64,000 nucleotides of DNA from Limnochordia bacterium (GTDB taxonomy: Bacteria > Bacillota > Limnochordia > Darwinibacteriales > Darwinibacteriaceae), in assembly GCA_050952265.1 (NCBI GenBank), contig JBMNKP010000002.1:65112-129111 (forward strand). The letters are read 5' to 3'. The notes beneath the pieces are model-generated. The model did no database searches. It was not told the origin of the DNA and was given only the letters and a program-made list of their open reading frames with translations. Made by a program: the position numbers and the translations under genes. This document shows positions 20,414 through 29,905 of the stretch, piece by piece. Position 1 is the stretch's first letter, and the number at the start of each line of letters is the position of its first letter.

Positions 20414-21670
20414 ATGCGGGCAGAATTGGTCATGGTTGGTACGGAGCTCCTTCTGGGTGAAGTTGTAGACACCAATGCCTCTTTTTTGGCGAGGCATCTT
20501 GCTGATCTCGGCATCGATCTCTTCTTCAAGTCTACGGTAGGAGACAACATGGACAGGCTGCAGGACGTACTCGGTCGGGCGCTGGGACGTTCCGATCTGG
20601 TCTTGATGAGCGGAGGGCTTGGGCCGACGGAGGACGATTTGACCCGAGAAGCAGTGAGCCTGGCCATGGGGTGCCCGCTCCACGAAGATAGGGACGTTGC
20701 CCGCTGGATAGAGAACCTGTTTCTCGAGCGATTCGGAATCGCCAACGCCCTCAATCGGCAGAACCGCAAGCAGGCCTTTTTTCCGGAAGGCAGCGAGATC
20801 ATCCCCAACCCTGTGGGCACTGCACCCGGTTTTTGGTTGGAGAAGGATGGAAGGATTGTGGTTGCCCTTCCCGGCGTACCTCTGGAACTGGAGGCGATGT
20901 TCGCTGAGACGGTACTGCCCAGACTGAGAAAGCTGGTCGGCGCTGAAAGCCTGGCCATACGCAACCTGCATTTCGCCGGGATCGGGGAATCACGTTTAGC
21001 AGAACTCCTGGCAGACCTGGTGGAAACGCAGACTAACCCTACCATGGCTCTTTATGCCTCGGGTGGGATGGTCCGGGTTCGTTTGGCGGCGAAGTCCACC
21101 AGCAGAGAAGCGGCCTTTGGGCTTATCGCGCCTTTGGAAGAAGAAATCAAGCGCCGGGCTGCCGATTACTTCTACGGGGTGGATGGGGAGACGCTGGAGT
21201 CCGCTGTGGCCAAAGCCTGCTTGGCGCGGGGCGTGACCCTGGCATCGGCTGAGTCCTGTACTGGCGGGCTGATCGCTCACCGCCTGACCAACATACCAGG
21301 GAGTTCAGAGTTCTTCCTGCGGGGTTACGTGGTCTATACCGAGCAGGCGAAGATCGAGGATCTGGGGGTGAGGCCCGAGACCGTGGCGGAATTCAGCGTG
21401 TACAGTGCCGAGGTGGCGAAGGAGATGGCCGAAGGGGTACGCCGCCGCTCCCGCACTGACTTCGGCCTGGCCGTAACAGGCATTGCAGGCCCCGGAGGAG
21501 GCACTCCCGATAAACCCGTCGGCCTGGCATACATCGCCCTGGCTTCAGCGGAGAATACTATTGTCCAGAGGCATTTCTGGAAGGGCGAGCGCGAACAGAT
21601 CAAGGATAGGGTCGCGAGTGCAGCCCTGCGCCTCCTGTGGAAAAGGCTGAACGCGCTGGATACTGAGTAG
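20414..21670 (+). CDS. cinA: Competence/damage-inducible protein CinA with C-terminal NMN deamidase domain
   Basis: The N-terminus reads MRAELVMVGTELLLG and the C-terminal PncC/CinA domain is present. Confidence 0.9.
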   Translation: MRAELVMVGTELLLGEVVDTNASFLARHLADLGIDLFFKSTVGDNMDRLQDVLGRALGRSDLVLMSGGLGPTEDDLTREAVSLAMGCPLHEDRDVARWIENLFLERFGIANALNRQNRKQAFFPEGSEIIPNPVGTAPGFWLEKDGRIVVALPGVPLELEAMFAETVLPRLRKLVGAESLAIRNLHFAGIGESRLAELLADLVETQTNPTMALYASGGMVRVRLAAKSTSREAAFGLIAPLEEEIKRRAADYFYGVDGETLESAVAKACLARGVTLASAESCTGGLIAHRLTNIPGSSEFFLRGYVVYTEQAKIEDLGVRPETVAEFSVYSAEVAKEMAEGVRRRSRTDFGLAVTGIAGPGGGTPDKPVGLAYIALASAENTIVQRHFWKGEREQIKDRVASAALRLLWKRLNALDTE

Positions 21671-21681
21671 GGGGGAGTGGG

Positions 21682-23124
21682 GTGCACAAAAAGCCGCAGG
21701 CCAGGAACCGGAGCAGGCAGCTGCCGGTTCTTCTTGCTGTTTTGGGCCTGCTGGTTGTGGTGAACCTCTTCTCCCAGACCGATTACCGCTTTTTCTCTTT
21801 AGTGGTCAAGCTTAGTGTGCGCTTGGGCAGCGCGCCCCAGACGCGCCTGATCGTGCCCCCGGTCGGCGAGGTCCGGGCAAAGACCCACTGGTTTCCAGTT
21901 CAGATCAATGCTGAGCTCCGCAGCGTGGACCTCACCCTGCTCCGCCAAACTGCCTTCTCTCCACTCCTTAAGGAAGGCCAGCTGCCCCGCGAGGTTCAGG
22001 AGGGTGCCTCAAAGATCCTTCTGCACTTCCTTCTGAAACAGGTTTCCCTTGCCTTTCTAGGGGCGGCCTTGGGGCTCTACGCTGCGGGAATACGCAGCGC
22101 CGGGAAGCTGGTGACAGGCGGACTTGCCGGAATCCTTGGGGTTCTGGTCGTGACTGGCCTGGTCTTGGCGGCATATGATCTTGAAGCCTTCCAGAGCCCG
22201 GAGTATGAAGGGATGATCGAGGCAGCGCCGTGGCTGCTTGGTCTGGTGCGGGAGGCACTGGGACAGGTGGAGGAACTTGGAGATAGGGTGCAGACTCTGG
22301 CTGCTAACTTGTATACTGCCCTCCAGCAGCTGGAAGAGCTGGGGCCGGTTGGCTTGGTGGAGGCAGACATTATGGTCCTGCATGTTTCGGACATACACAA
22401 TAACCCCGTGGCCTACAACTTCGCAGCTCAGGTGATCGAGAGCTTCGGTGTGGATGTGATCCTGGACACAGGCGATCTGACCGATTGGGGCACTGCGCTG
22501 GAAGCCGAGATTACTAAGCGCATCAAGCAGCTTGGCCTGCCGTATATCTTCGTTTCTGGCAACCACGATTCACCTGAGGTAGTGAGCCGGCTGCGGGAGA
22601 TCCCCTATGTCGTGGTGCTGGGCGAGGCGGTGGAAGTGGAGGGCCTGAAAATTGCCGGGACAGGGGACCTTGTGGCGCACAGCTATTTGGCGACTCCTGC
22701 TTCGCCCGAAGAGCTTGCTTCCCTTGCCGGGGAAGTCAACAGGGTCTGGGCGGAGGTGGAGGATGCTGAGCGCCCCCACATCTTTCTCGTGCACAACCAT
22801 AGAGTGGCTGAAGCCATCGACCCTGGCTTGTTTCCGGTTGTGGCCTATGGGCACACACACCAGTGGGGAGTCAAGCAGGTCGACGGCACTGTGTACAGCA
22901 ATGCAGGTACCACAGGCGCGGCCGGGATCCGGGGCTTTCAAGGCAAAGAACCTCTTCCGTACAGCCTGTCACTCCTGTATTTTGCCCGGGACGAGGACGG
23001 CGTTGTCCGGCTGCAGGCCGTAGACGGTGTTCATGTCACCGGCCTTGGGCAGAGCTTTTCGCTCCAGCGAACATTTGTGGAACAAGGCAGGAATAGCGGA
23101 GGCGATGTAGAACTATCACCCTGA
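21682..23124 (+). CDS. Membrane-bound calcineurin-like metallophosphoesterase
   Basis: N-terminal transmembrane segments are followed by phosphoesterase motifs (DIHNN, GDLTD, GNHD, GHTH). Confidence 0.75.
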   Translation: MHKKPQARNRSRQLPVLLAVLGLLVVVNLFSQTDYRFFSLVVKLSVRLGSAPQTRLIVPPVGEVRAKTHWFPVQINAELRSVDLTLLRQTAFSPLLKEGQLPREVQEGASKILLHFLLKQVSLAFLGAALGLYAAGIRSAGKLVTGGLAGILGVLVVTGLVLAAYDLEAFQSPEYEGMIEAAPWLLGLVREALGQVEELGDRVQTLAANLYTALQQLEELGPVGLVEADIMVLHVSDIHNNPVAYNFAAQVIESFGVDVILDTGDLTDWGTALEAEITKRIKQLGLPYIFVSGNHDSPEVVSRLREIPYVVVLGEAVEVEGLKIAGTGDLVAHSYLATPASPEELASLAGEVNRVWAEVEDAERPHIFLVHNHRVAEAIDPGLFPVVAYGHTHQWGVKQVDGTVYSNAGTTGAAGIRGFQGKEPLPYSLSLLYFARDEDGVVRLQAVDGVHVTGLGQSFSLQRTFVEQGRNSGGDVELSP

Positions 23125-23235
23125 AGTGCATGAAAAGGCTTTTCTGACTGTGCTTGCTTGGGGAAACGGGATGGGCTTGATGGGACGGCTCGACGTCTTG
23201 TTGGCCAAGTTTCTCCTCTTTTTATGACCAGCGGG

Positions 23236-23249
23236 CGAACGTTTGTTTT
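23236..23249 (+). promoter_or_regulatory. Candidate LexA (Cheo-box-like) operator upstream of recA
   Basis: The sequence CGAACGTTTGTTTT matches the Firmicute GAAC-N4-GTTC consensus with one mismatch in the second half. It lies about 25 nt upstream of the recA start. Confidence 0.3.
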
Positions 23250-23273
23250 AATAGGAAAGGGGCGAAAACAGAA

Positions 23274-24311
23274 GTGGAGGAAAAGCAAAAGGCTCTCGAC
23301 CGGGCTATCCTGCAGATTGAGAAGCAGTACGGCAAAGGATCAATCATGCGCCTGGGCGAGCAATCTGGTTCAGATATCGATGTGATCCCCACCGGATCCC
23401 TATCGCTGGACATCGCTCTCGGGGTGGGCGGCATTCCCAGAGGGCGGATCGTGGAGATCTACGGGCCTGAAGCTTCGGGCAAGACGACCTTGGCTCTGCA
23501 CATCATGGCTCAAGTGCAGAAAGCCGGAGGCATCGCCGCCATGATCGACGCTGAGCATGCCCTCGATCCAGTCTACGCCCGCGCCGTGGGCGTTGATATT
23601 GACAACCTGCTCATTGCCCAACCGGACCACGGCGAGCAGGCTTTAGAAATCGCTGAGCACCTCGTACGCAGCGGTGCCGTCGATGTAGTGGTCATAGACT
23701 CGGTGGCTGCCTTGGTGCCCCGAGCGGAGATCGAGGGAGAAATGGGCGATGCCCATGTCGGACTGCAGGCTCGCCTAATGTCGCAAGCCCTGCGCAAACT
23801 GACAGGTGCCATCAGCAAATCCAACAGCGTTGTGATCTTCACCAACCAGCTGCGGGAAAAGGTCGGTGTGATGTTCGGAAATCCAGAAGTCACTCCTGGC
23901 GGTAGAGCTCTCAAGTTCTATGCGTCAATCCGCTTGGATGTGCGGCGCATCGATTCGCTGAAACAGGGCAGCGAAATCGTGGGCAACCGCACCAGGGTGA
24001 GGGTACTCAAGAACAAGGTCGCTCCGCCGTTTAAGGAAGCAGAGTTTGACATCGTCTACGGGAAGGGTATCTCCAAGGTTGGTGATATCCTCGATCTGGC
24101 CACAGAATTGGACCTAGTCAACAAGAGCGGAGCCTGGTATTCCTACGGTGATCTGCGCCTGGGACAGGGACGTGAAGCGGCCAAAGAGTTCTTAACCCAG
24201 AATCCCGAACTCGCCGATGAGCTTGAGCTGAAGGTTCGCACCGCCAAAGGCCTGCTGAGGGGAGCAGAAGTTCAGGGAGTTGAGAAGGACAGTGCCAAGC
24301 AGGAAGGATGA
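23274..24311 (+). CDS. recA: Recombinase RecA
   Basis: The Walker [10 protein letters not shown] and the full RecA core are present. Confidence 0.95.
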   Translation: MEEKQKALDRAILQIEKQYGKGSIMRLGEQSGSDIDVIPTGSLSLDIALGVGGIPRGRIVEIYGPEASGKTTLALHIMAQVQKAGGIAAMIDAEHALDPVYARAVGVDIDNLLIAQPDHGEQALEIAEHLVRSGAVDVVVIDSVAALVPRAEIEGEMGDAHVGLQARLMSQALRKLTGAISKSNSVVIFTNQLREKVGVMFGNPEVTPGGRALKFYASIRLDVRRIDSLKQGSEIVGNRTRVRVLKNKVAPPFKEAEFDIVYGKGISKVGDILDLATELDLVNKSGAWYSYGDLRLGQGREAAKEFLTQNPELADELELKVRTAKGLLRGAEVQGVEKDSAKQEG

Positions 24312-24771
24312 GGATGCCAAGGCGGTGGCACTGCGCCTGCTGACGGTGCGCGACCGAAGTGCATACGAGCTGCGCACTCGCCTGGCACGCCAGTTCTCCG
24401 ACGAGGACGTGGAGGGAGTCATCCAGTACCTTAAGGATATCGGCTATCTGGATGATCAGCGCTATGCTCTCAACTATGTTGAATACCGCAACCGCTTTCG
24501 TCCCACGGGTAACTACCTGCTGCGCCTCGAGTTGAGCAGCAAAGGCATCACCGAGGACATCATAGACCGAGTGCTGAACACTCCAGAGCAGGAGTACCAA
24601 CTGGCCATGGAACTAGCGGCCCAGCGCCTGGGGCGTCTTCAGCGTGAAGATGCCCTCAGCCGGTGCGCCAAAGTCTACAAGCTCCTGCAGCGAAGGGGTT
24701 TTCCCAGCGCGGCCGCCAGGAAAGTCATAGGGGAATTGCTTGACAGAGATCCGGAAACGGATTACAATTAA
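24280..24771 (+). CDS. recX: Regulatory protein RecX
   Basis: Three-helix repeats ([16 protein letters not shown]) form a RecX fold. The gene overlaps the recA 3' end; the start is TTG 24280 or GTG 24292. Confidence 0.8.
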   Translation: MRRTVPSRKDEDAKAVALRLLTVRDRSAYELRTRLARQFSDEDVEGVIQYLKDIGYLDDQRYALNYVEYRNRFRPTGNYLLRLELSSKGITEDIIDRVLNTPEQEYQLAMELAAQRLGRLQREDALSRCAKVYKLLQRRGFPSAAARKVIGELLDRDPETDYN

Positions 24772-24906
24772 AGCGAGTTGTTCGGCTGTGCTAGCCCGAT
24801 TGGTTCGAAAACGAAATGAGTAGTCTGGAACTGAAAACGATCCTGAACACTGGGAAAAGCTGAGTTTCGGCTCGGCTTTCTTTTCTAAAGGTGTGGAGAG
24901 AAGGAG

Positions 24907-26457
24907 GTGAATGCTATCGCGTTATTCATCACATTGATTAAGTACGGATTGGTTGCAGCGGTGTTCCTGGTGGTGGGGTATTTCGTTAGGAAGATCTCTG
25001 CGGAAGCCACCATCCGCTCCGCCGAAGAAGAAGCGCGCAGAATCCTCCAGGAGGCAGAGCGCGATGCGGAGAACAAAAAGCGCGAAGCCCTGGTTGAAGC
25101 CAAAGAAGAGATCCATAAACTGCGCTCTGAGATGGAAAGGGAGGCCCGGGAGCGCCGGACCGAACTGAACCAGTTTGAGCGGCGGGTGTCTCAGAAGGAA
25201 GAGATGCTCGATAAACGCAGCGATGCGCTGGAGCGCAAGGAAGAGGTTCTGCAGCGAAAGACCCGGGAAGTCGAGCAGCGGCAGGCGGAGATAAATGAAC
25301 TGCTCAACAAGCAGCGTCAGGAGCTTGAGAGGATTTCGCAGCTCACCGCCGACGAGGCACGAGAGATGATCCTCAAGACTGTGGAAGAAGAAGTCAAACA
25401 CGAGACTGCAATACTGATCCGTGATTTGGAAAATCAAGCACGGGAAGAAGCGGAGAAGAGAGCCCGTGATATCATTTCCCTAGCCATCCAGCGTACTGCG
25501 GTAGACCATGTGGCCGAGTCTACAGTCTCGGTGGTAGCACTCCCCAACGATGACATGAAGGGGAGGATTATCGGGCGGGAAGGAAGGAACATTCGGGCCC
25601 TGGAGACCCTTACGGGCATAGATCTGATCATCGACGACACGCCTGAAGCTGTCATCTTGTCAGGTTTCGATCCGGTCCGCAGGGAGATCGCCCGCATTGC
25701 TTTGGAGCGCCTTATTGCCGATGGACGCATCCATCCAGCACGTATCGAGGAAATGGTCGAAAAGGCGCGCAGAGAAGTGGATGCGATCATCAGGGATGCT
25801 GGGGAGCAGGCCACTCTCGATGCTGATGTGCACGGCCTGCATCCTGAGCTTGTGAAGTTGCTGGGAAGACTACGTTTTCGAACTAGCTATGGCCAGAACG
25901 TGTTGAAACACTCGGTTGAAGTGGCTCATTTGGCCGGCATAATGGCTGCCGAACTAGGAGTAGATGAGCGGTTAGCACGGCGTGCCGGTCTGCTGCATGA
26001 CATCGGTAAGGCAGTCGACCACGAAATGGAAGGCACGCACATTCAGATCGGGATCGAGCTCCTGAAGAAGTACAGGGAGCACGAAGACGTGATCCATGCC
26101 GTAGCCTGCCACCACGGTGATTTTGAGGCTCACAGCGTGGAAGCTGTCTTGGTGGCAGCGGCCGACTCCATTTCCGCGGCAAGGCCTGGTGCGCGGCGGG
26201 AAACTCTGGAGAGTTACATCAAACGCCTGCAGAAACTGGAGGAGATCTCATCCTCGTTCGATGGTGTCGATAAATCCTACGCCATCCAAGCAGGCCGCGA
26301 AGTGCGGATCATTGTTAAACCAGAGCGCATAAGTGATGCTTCGGCAGTGCAGCTCAGCCGAGAGATTGTGAAGAAGATCGAGTCTGAACTGGAGTATCCA
26401 GGTCAGATCAAGGTTACCGTGATTCGTGAAACCCGCGCTGTGGAGTATGCCAAATAG
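24907..26457 (+). CDS. rny: Ribonuclease Y
   Basis: The protein has an N-terminal transmembrane segment, a coiled-coil, a KH domain ([15 protein letters not shown]) and an HD domain (LLHDIGK). Confidence 0.95.
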   Translation: MNAIALFITLIKYGLVAAVFLVVGYFVRKISAEATIRSAEEEARRILQEAERDAENKKREALVEAKEEIHKLRSEMEREARERRTELNQFERRVSQKEEMLDKRSDALERKEEVLQRKTREVEQRQAEINELLNKQRQELERISQLTADEAREMILKTVEEEVKHETAILIRDLENQAREEAEKRARDIISLAIQRTAVDHVAESTVSVVALPNDDMKGRIIGREGRNIRALETLTGIDLIIDDTPEAVILSGFDPVRREIARIALERLIADGRIHPARIEEMVEKARREVDAIIRDAGEQATLDADVHGLHPELVKLLGRLRFRTSYGQNVLKHSVEVAHLAGIMAAELGVDERLARRAGLLHDIGKAVDHEMEGTHIQIGIELLKKYREHEDVIHAVACHHGDFEAHSVEAVLVAAADSISAARPGARRETLESYIKRLQKLEEISSSFDGVDKSYAIQAGREVRIIVKPERISDASAVQLSREIVKKIESELEYPGQIKVTVIRETRAVEYAK

Positions 26458-26489
26458 GACCAGGCAGCCGCCTGGTTCTATTTTTCAAG

Positions 26490-27023
26490 ATGGCACATGG
26501 AAAAGGGGGAGAGAGATTGGAGCTCAACGAAACTCAAGTAGATCTGCTGATTGCCATCTTAGTACGCTTTCCCTGTGTCGGGACGATACACTGCGAGCCG
26601 GAGACAGGCACGCTGCGCTTGGTCTTTCTGCTCAAAGCACCTGACACGGACTTCGCGCTCTTTGCCAAGCGGTTCCAGGCTCATCTCACCCTCTTCCACA
26701 AGCTGGCGGGGAGACCCGTTAAGACCTCTGAACTGCGCAGGATAGAGACGGAACAGCTGACGGTGGTTGAAGTTGTACGTGACTTGGCAAGCTTTTCCCT
26801 CTCCGAACTGAAGCTGATCGTACAGCTGATGCGGGACAGCTTCCGCGATAGCTTGGTTCAGGAAGGGTCAGATGCAGCCGACGAAGATGCTGCCGAGCAG
26901 GAGATGATCATCGATGCGCTCCTGCGGGAGCGGGCCGAACTGGGGCAGGAGCGCCTCACCGGCTTTCGGGAGAACGGCCGGGTCTTGGTTTTCAGCAGCG
27001 CGGTGGGGGTGGATAGGCAGTGA
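26490..27023 (+). CDS. Hypothetical protein inserted between rny and ymdB
   Basis: The 177-aa ORF has coding-like composition. Its stop overlaps the ymdB start; the start is ATG 26490 or TTG 26517. Confidence 0.5.
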   Translation: MAHGKGGERLELNETQVDLLIAILVRFPCVGTIHCEPETGTLRLVFLLKAPDTDFALFAKRFQAHLTLFHKLAGRPVKTSELRRIETEQLTVVEVVRDLASFSLSELKLIVQLMRDSFRDSLVQEGSDAADEDAAEQEMIIDALLRERAELGQERLTGFRENGRVLVFSSAVGVDRQ

Positions 27024-27790
27024 ACGTGCTTATCCTTGGTGACATCTTCGGCCGGCCTGGAAGGAAGGTCGTTGGCCAGTTCCTACCGCAACTCGTGGAA
27101 CAGTATGACCCGGTTCTAGTGGTGGCCAACGGTGAAAACGCCGCGGGCGGATTCGGGTTGACAAGAAGCGTAGCTCAAGAGCTGTTCGCACTGGGCATCC
27201 ATGTGCTGACCAGCGGCAACCACATTTGGGACCATAGGGAAATGTACACATACATCAGTGAAGAACCCCGCATTCTGCGCCCGGCCAACTATCCGCCTCA
27301 GGTGCCGGGTTCTTCGGTCTATCTGCATCGCAGCCCTGAGGCCGTGATCGCTGTGGTCAGCTTGATGGGGCGGGTCTTCATGGGCGATTTTGACTGCCCC
27401 TTCCGCACGGCTGATCACATTCTTGCTTCACTGCCCGATGACGTTACCCATGTGATCATAGACTTCCACGGTGAAGCGACCTCGGAGAAGATCGCCCTCG
27501 CCCGCTACCTGGATGGCCGGATCAGCGCCCTAGTGGGCACACATACGCATGTTCCTACCGCCGATGAACAGATTCTGCCGGGCGGTACCGCCTACATTAC
27601 GGATCTGGGTATGTGCGGTCCAGTGCACAGCGTCTTGGGGGTTGAGCCAGAGGTCGTGATTGACAAGTTCTTGACACAGCTGCCGGCTAGGTTTTCCGTG
27701 GCTAAGGGTCCTGCGTCCCTGAACGGGGTTGTGATAACCTTAGGAAAGAACGGCCTTTCCGACGGAATTTTGCGCCTGAATCTTCAATAA
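27020..27790 (+). CDS. ymdB: YmdB-type metallophosphoesterase (2',3'-cyclic nucleotide phosphodiesterase)
   Basis: The translation has the YmdB motifs GDIFGRPGR, ANGENAAGGFG, GNHIWD and DFHGEATSEK. Confidence 0.9.
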   Translation: MNVLILGDIFGRPGRKVVGQFLPQLVEQYDPVLVVANGENAAGGFGLTRSVAQELFALGIHVLTSGNHIWDHREMYTYISEEPRILRPANYPPQVPGSSVYLHRSPEAVIAVVSLMGRVFMGDFDCPFRTADHILASLPDDVTHVIIDFHGEATSEKIALARYLDGRISALVGTHTHVPTADEQILPGGTAYITDLGMCGPVHSVLGVEPEVVIDKFLTQLPARFSVAKGPASLNGVVITLGKNGLSDGILRLNLQ

Positions 27791-27888
27791 ATGCGTATAA
27801 TAGGAGGATTTTCCCAGTATATATCTAATAAGAGATCTGAGGATACCACGTAAGTAGTAGCGCTTTCACCTAAGGAGGTCACATTAAC

Positions 27889-28149
27889 ATGGAAGTATTG
27901 AAAGTGTCGGCACACTCCACCCCCAACAAAGTCGCCGGTGCACTCGCTGGGAAAGTTCGCGAAGAAGGCCGGGCGGAAATTCAAGCCATCGGCGCTGGTG
28001 CCTTGAACCAAGCGGTAAAAGCGGTGGCTATTGCCAGAGGTTTTGTGGCCCCTAGCGGAGTGGATTTAGTGTGCATTCCGGCATTCACCGACGTCATAAT
28101 CGACAACGAAGAACGAACTGCGATCAAACTAATTGTGGAACCAAGATAA
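27889..28149 (+). CDS. spoVS: Stage V sporulation protein S
   Basis: The 86-aa protein reads MEVLKVSAHSTPNKVAGALAG...IPAFTDVIIDNEERTAIKL. RBS AAGGAGG precedes it. Confidence 0.9.
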   Translation: MEVLKVSAHSTPNKVAGALAGKVREEGRAEIQAIGAGALNQAVKAVAIARGFVAPSGVDLVCIPAFTDVIIDNEERTAIKLIVEPR

Positions 28150-28228
28150 GGGCGCTAGCTGGAACGTGGGAGAAGAGCCTACCCTTTTGGGTGGGCTCGT
28201 TTCGATCTGGAGCAAAGGAGGCTGCGTG

Positions 28229-29164
28229 ATGTTCGTTTTTGACGCTCACATCGACACTCTTCTTCGTCTGCTTGGAAAGCGGGCGAATCTTCAGGAGGCG
28301 CAGGGCCATGTCAACCTAGCCCACCTTCAGGGCGGCCCAGGCGCGCAGTTCTTCGCCGTCTTCGTTGAACCGCGCTATTACCATGGACTAGCCATGCATC
28401 AGGCCGTGGAGATGATCGACCTTTTCTGGAAGATGCTGGAGGATCACCGCGAGGCCCTGGCCTTCGCAGGTTCAGCCGAGGACATCCGGCGGGCGAGATC
28501 TGAGGGCCGTTTTGCCTGCCTGTTGGCCATCGAAGGTGGCGAAGCCCTGGAAGGGAAGCTCTCTTCGCTGCGCATGTTCTACCGGCTGGGAGTGCGCCTT
28601 TTGACCCTGACCTGGAACTTCCGGAACGAACTGGCAGCCGGCCAGATGGAAGGCCCAGAAGGAGGCGGGTTGAGCAGGTTCGGGCGGGAGGTAGTGGAGG
28701 AGATGAACCGGCTGGGCATGATCGTTGATGTCTCCCATCTCAACGAACCGGGCTTCTGGGATGTTCTGTCAGTCAGCCGGGATCCCGTTATGGCTTCCCA
28801 TTCCAATGCCAAGGCTTTGTGCCCCCATCCCAGGAACCTCACTGATGAACAGATCCGGGCTTTGGCCGATAAGGGCGGCGTGATCGGGGTGAACTTCTGT
28901 GCTGCGTTCGTGCGTGCGGATGGTCAGGCTACAGCCGAGCATGTCGCCGATCATATCGAATACCTGATCCGAGTTGGGGGCGAGGACTGTGCCGCCTTGG
29001 GTTCGGATTTCGACGGCATCGATGAGGTTCCTGTCGGCCTGGAGGACTACGGAAGAATCCGCACCCTGGTCGGTCTTCTGGAAAAGAGAGGTTTGAGGGA
29101 GGCTGTGATCGAAAAGGTGATGGGGGGCAATCTGCTGCGCTTCTGCCGCCAAGTCCTTGGTTAA
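28229..29164 (+). CDS. Membrane dipeptidase, peptidase family M19
   Basis: The translation has M19 motifs (FDAHIDTL, the HLNEPGF region, SHSNA). ATG 28229 follows AAGGAGG. Confidence 0.85.
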   Translation: MFVFDAHIDTLLRLLGKRANLQEAQGHVNLAHLQGGPGAQFFAVFVEPRYYHGLAMHQAVEMIDLFWKMLEDHREALAFAGSAEDIRRARSEGRFACLLAIEGGEALEGKLSSLRMFYRLGVRLLTLTWNFRNELAAGQMEGPEGGGLSRFGREVVEEMNRLGMIVDVSHLNEPGFWDVLSVSRDPVMASHSNAKALCPHPRNLTDEQIRALADKGGVIGVNFCAAFVRADGQATAEHVADHIEYLIRVGGEDCAALGSDFDGIDEVPVGLEDYGRIRTLVGLLEKRGLREAVIEKVMGGNLLRFCRQVLG

Positions 29165-29212
29165 ACTCCCCCTCGGGAGGAAATGCTAAAGGAAAAAAGG
29201 GGGCATATCGTG

Positions 29213-29422
29213 GGCAGCAGTGTCGTTAAGGTGATCGAGCTTGTGGGAGAGTCGGATCAGAGCTGGCAAGACGCGGTCCAGGTTGCTGTGAAAGAGGCGA
29301 GCAAGACACTGCGCGGTATCACTGGAGTGGAAGTGCTCAACTGGACGGGAAAAGTGGATGAGGAAGGCGAAATCGTGGGTTATCGGGCAAATGTGCAGGT
29401 AGCCTTTGAAGTGGAAACGTGA
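29213..29422 (+). CDS. Dodecin-family flavin-binding protein
   Basis: The roughly 69-aa protein has the beta-alpha-beta-beta dodecin pattern (VVKVIELVGES...VEVL). GTG 29213 follows GGGGG. Confidence 0.65.
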   Translation, partial: GSSVVKVIELVGESDQSWQDAVQVAVKEASKTLRGITGVEVLNWTGKVDEEGEIVGYRANVQVAFEVET

Positions 29423-29434
29423 TATGGACCGAAG

Positions 29435-29461
29435 CGGCTTAGGATAACTAAGCCGTTTTTT
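29435..29461 (+). terminator. Rho-independent terminator after the dodecin gene
   Basis: The stem cggcttag/ctaagccg is followed by TTTTTT. Confidence 0.8.
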
Positions 29462-29503
29462 GGTTACACTACACCCAGCACACTTAGAAATGGGTGACAG
29501 TAC

Positions 29504-29836
29504 ATGGATTGGATGGGAGCCGTTATCCGCTTTATCGTCTCGGCTTTGGTGCTCATGCTGGTGGGGTTTCTGCTTCCCGGCTTTCGAGCCCTCTCTTTCT
29601 TCCACGCCCTCTTTGCGGCCGTGGTCATCGCCGTTTTGGGTTGGGTTGTGGAAAGCCTGATGGGCAAGGCCATTTCGCCCTACAGCAGAGGTGTGGTTGG
29701 CTTTTTGGTCTCAGCCGTGATCATCTGGGCCGCACAGTTCGTAGTGCCAGGCATGGAGGTTTCGGTGCTGGGAGCACTGTTGGCAGCCTTTGTCATCGGC
29801 ATTATCGATCTGTTTGTGCCCACTACTCTGCGTTGA
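29504..29836 (+). CDS. YvlD-like 4-TM membrane protein (PF04020, phage-holin-4_2 family)
   Basis: The 110-aa protein has four transmembrane segments and the GFLLPGF...IGIIDLFVP pattern. Confidence 0.6.
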   Translation: MDWMGAVIRFIVSALVLMLVGFLLPGFRALSFFHALFAAVVIAVLGWVVESLMGKAISPYSRGVVGFLVSAVIIWAAQFVVPGMEVSVLGALLAAFVIGIIDLFVPTTLR

Positions 29837-29905
29837 GGCTCTTCCAGCCCATCCGCCCCGTGGAGTGCCGCTCTGGTCAGGGGCGTTTTTTTCGGGGGTG
29901 ATGGT

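Noticed and set aside
20314-21045. N-terminal 244 residues of the 567-aa minus-strand ORF 19342..21045
   Set aside because: This stretch is antisense to cinA. The real gene starts at ATG 20313, with a GGAGG RBS and a signal peptide; the upstream extension is open frame only.
27791-27888. Sigma-H promoter for spoVS
   Set aside because: An AGGAGGATTT -35-like element is present, but no GAAT -10 lies at the correct spacing, so it cannot be supported from sequence alone.
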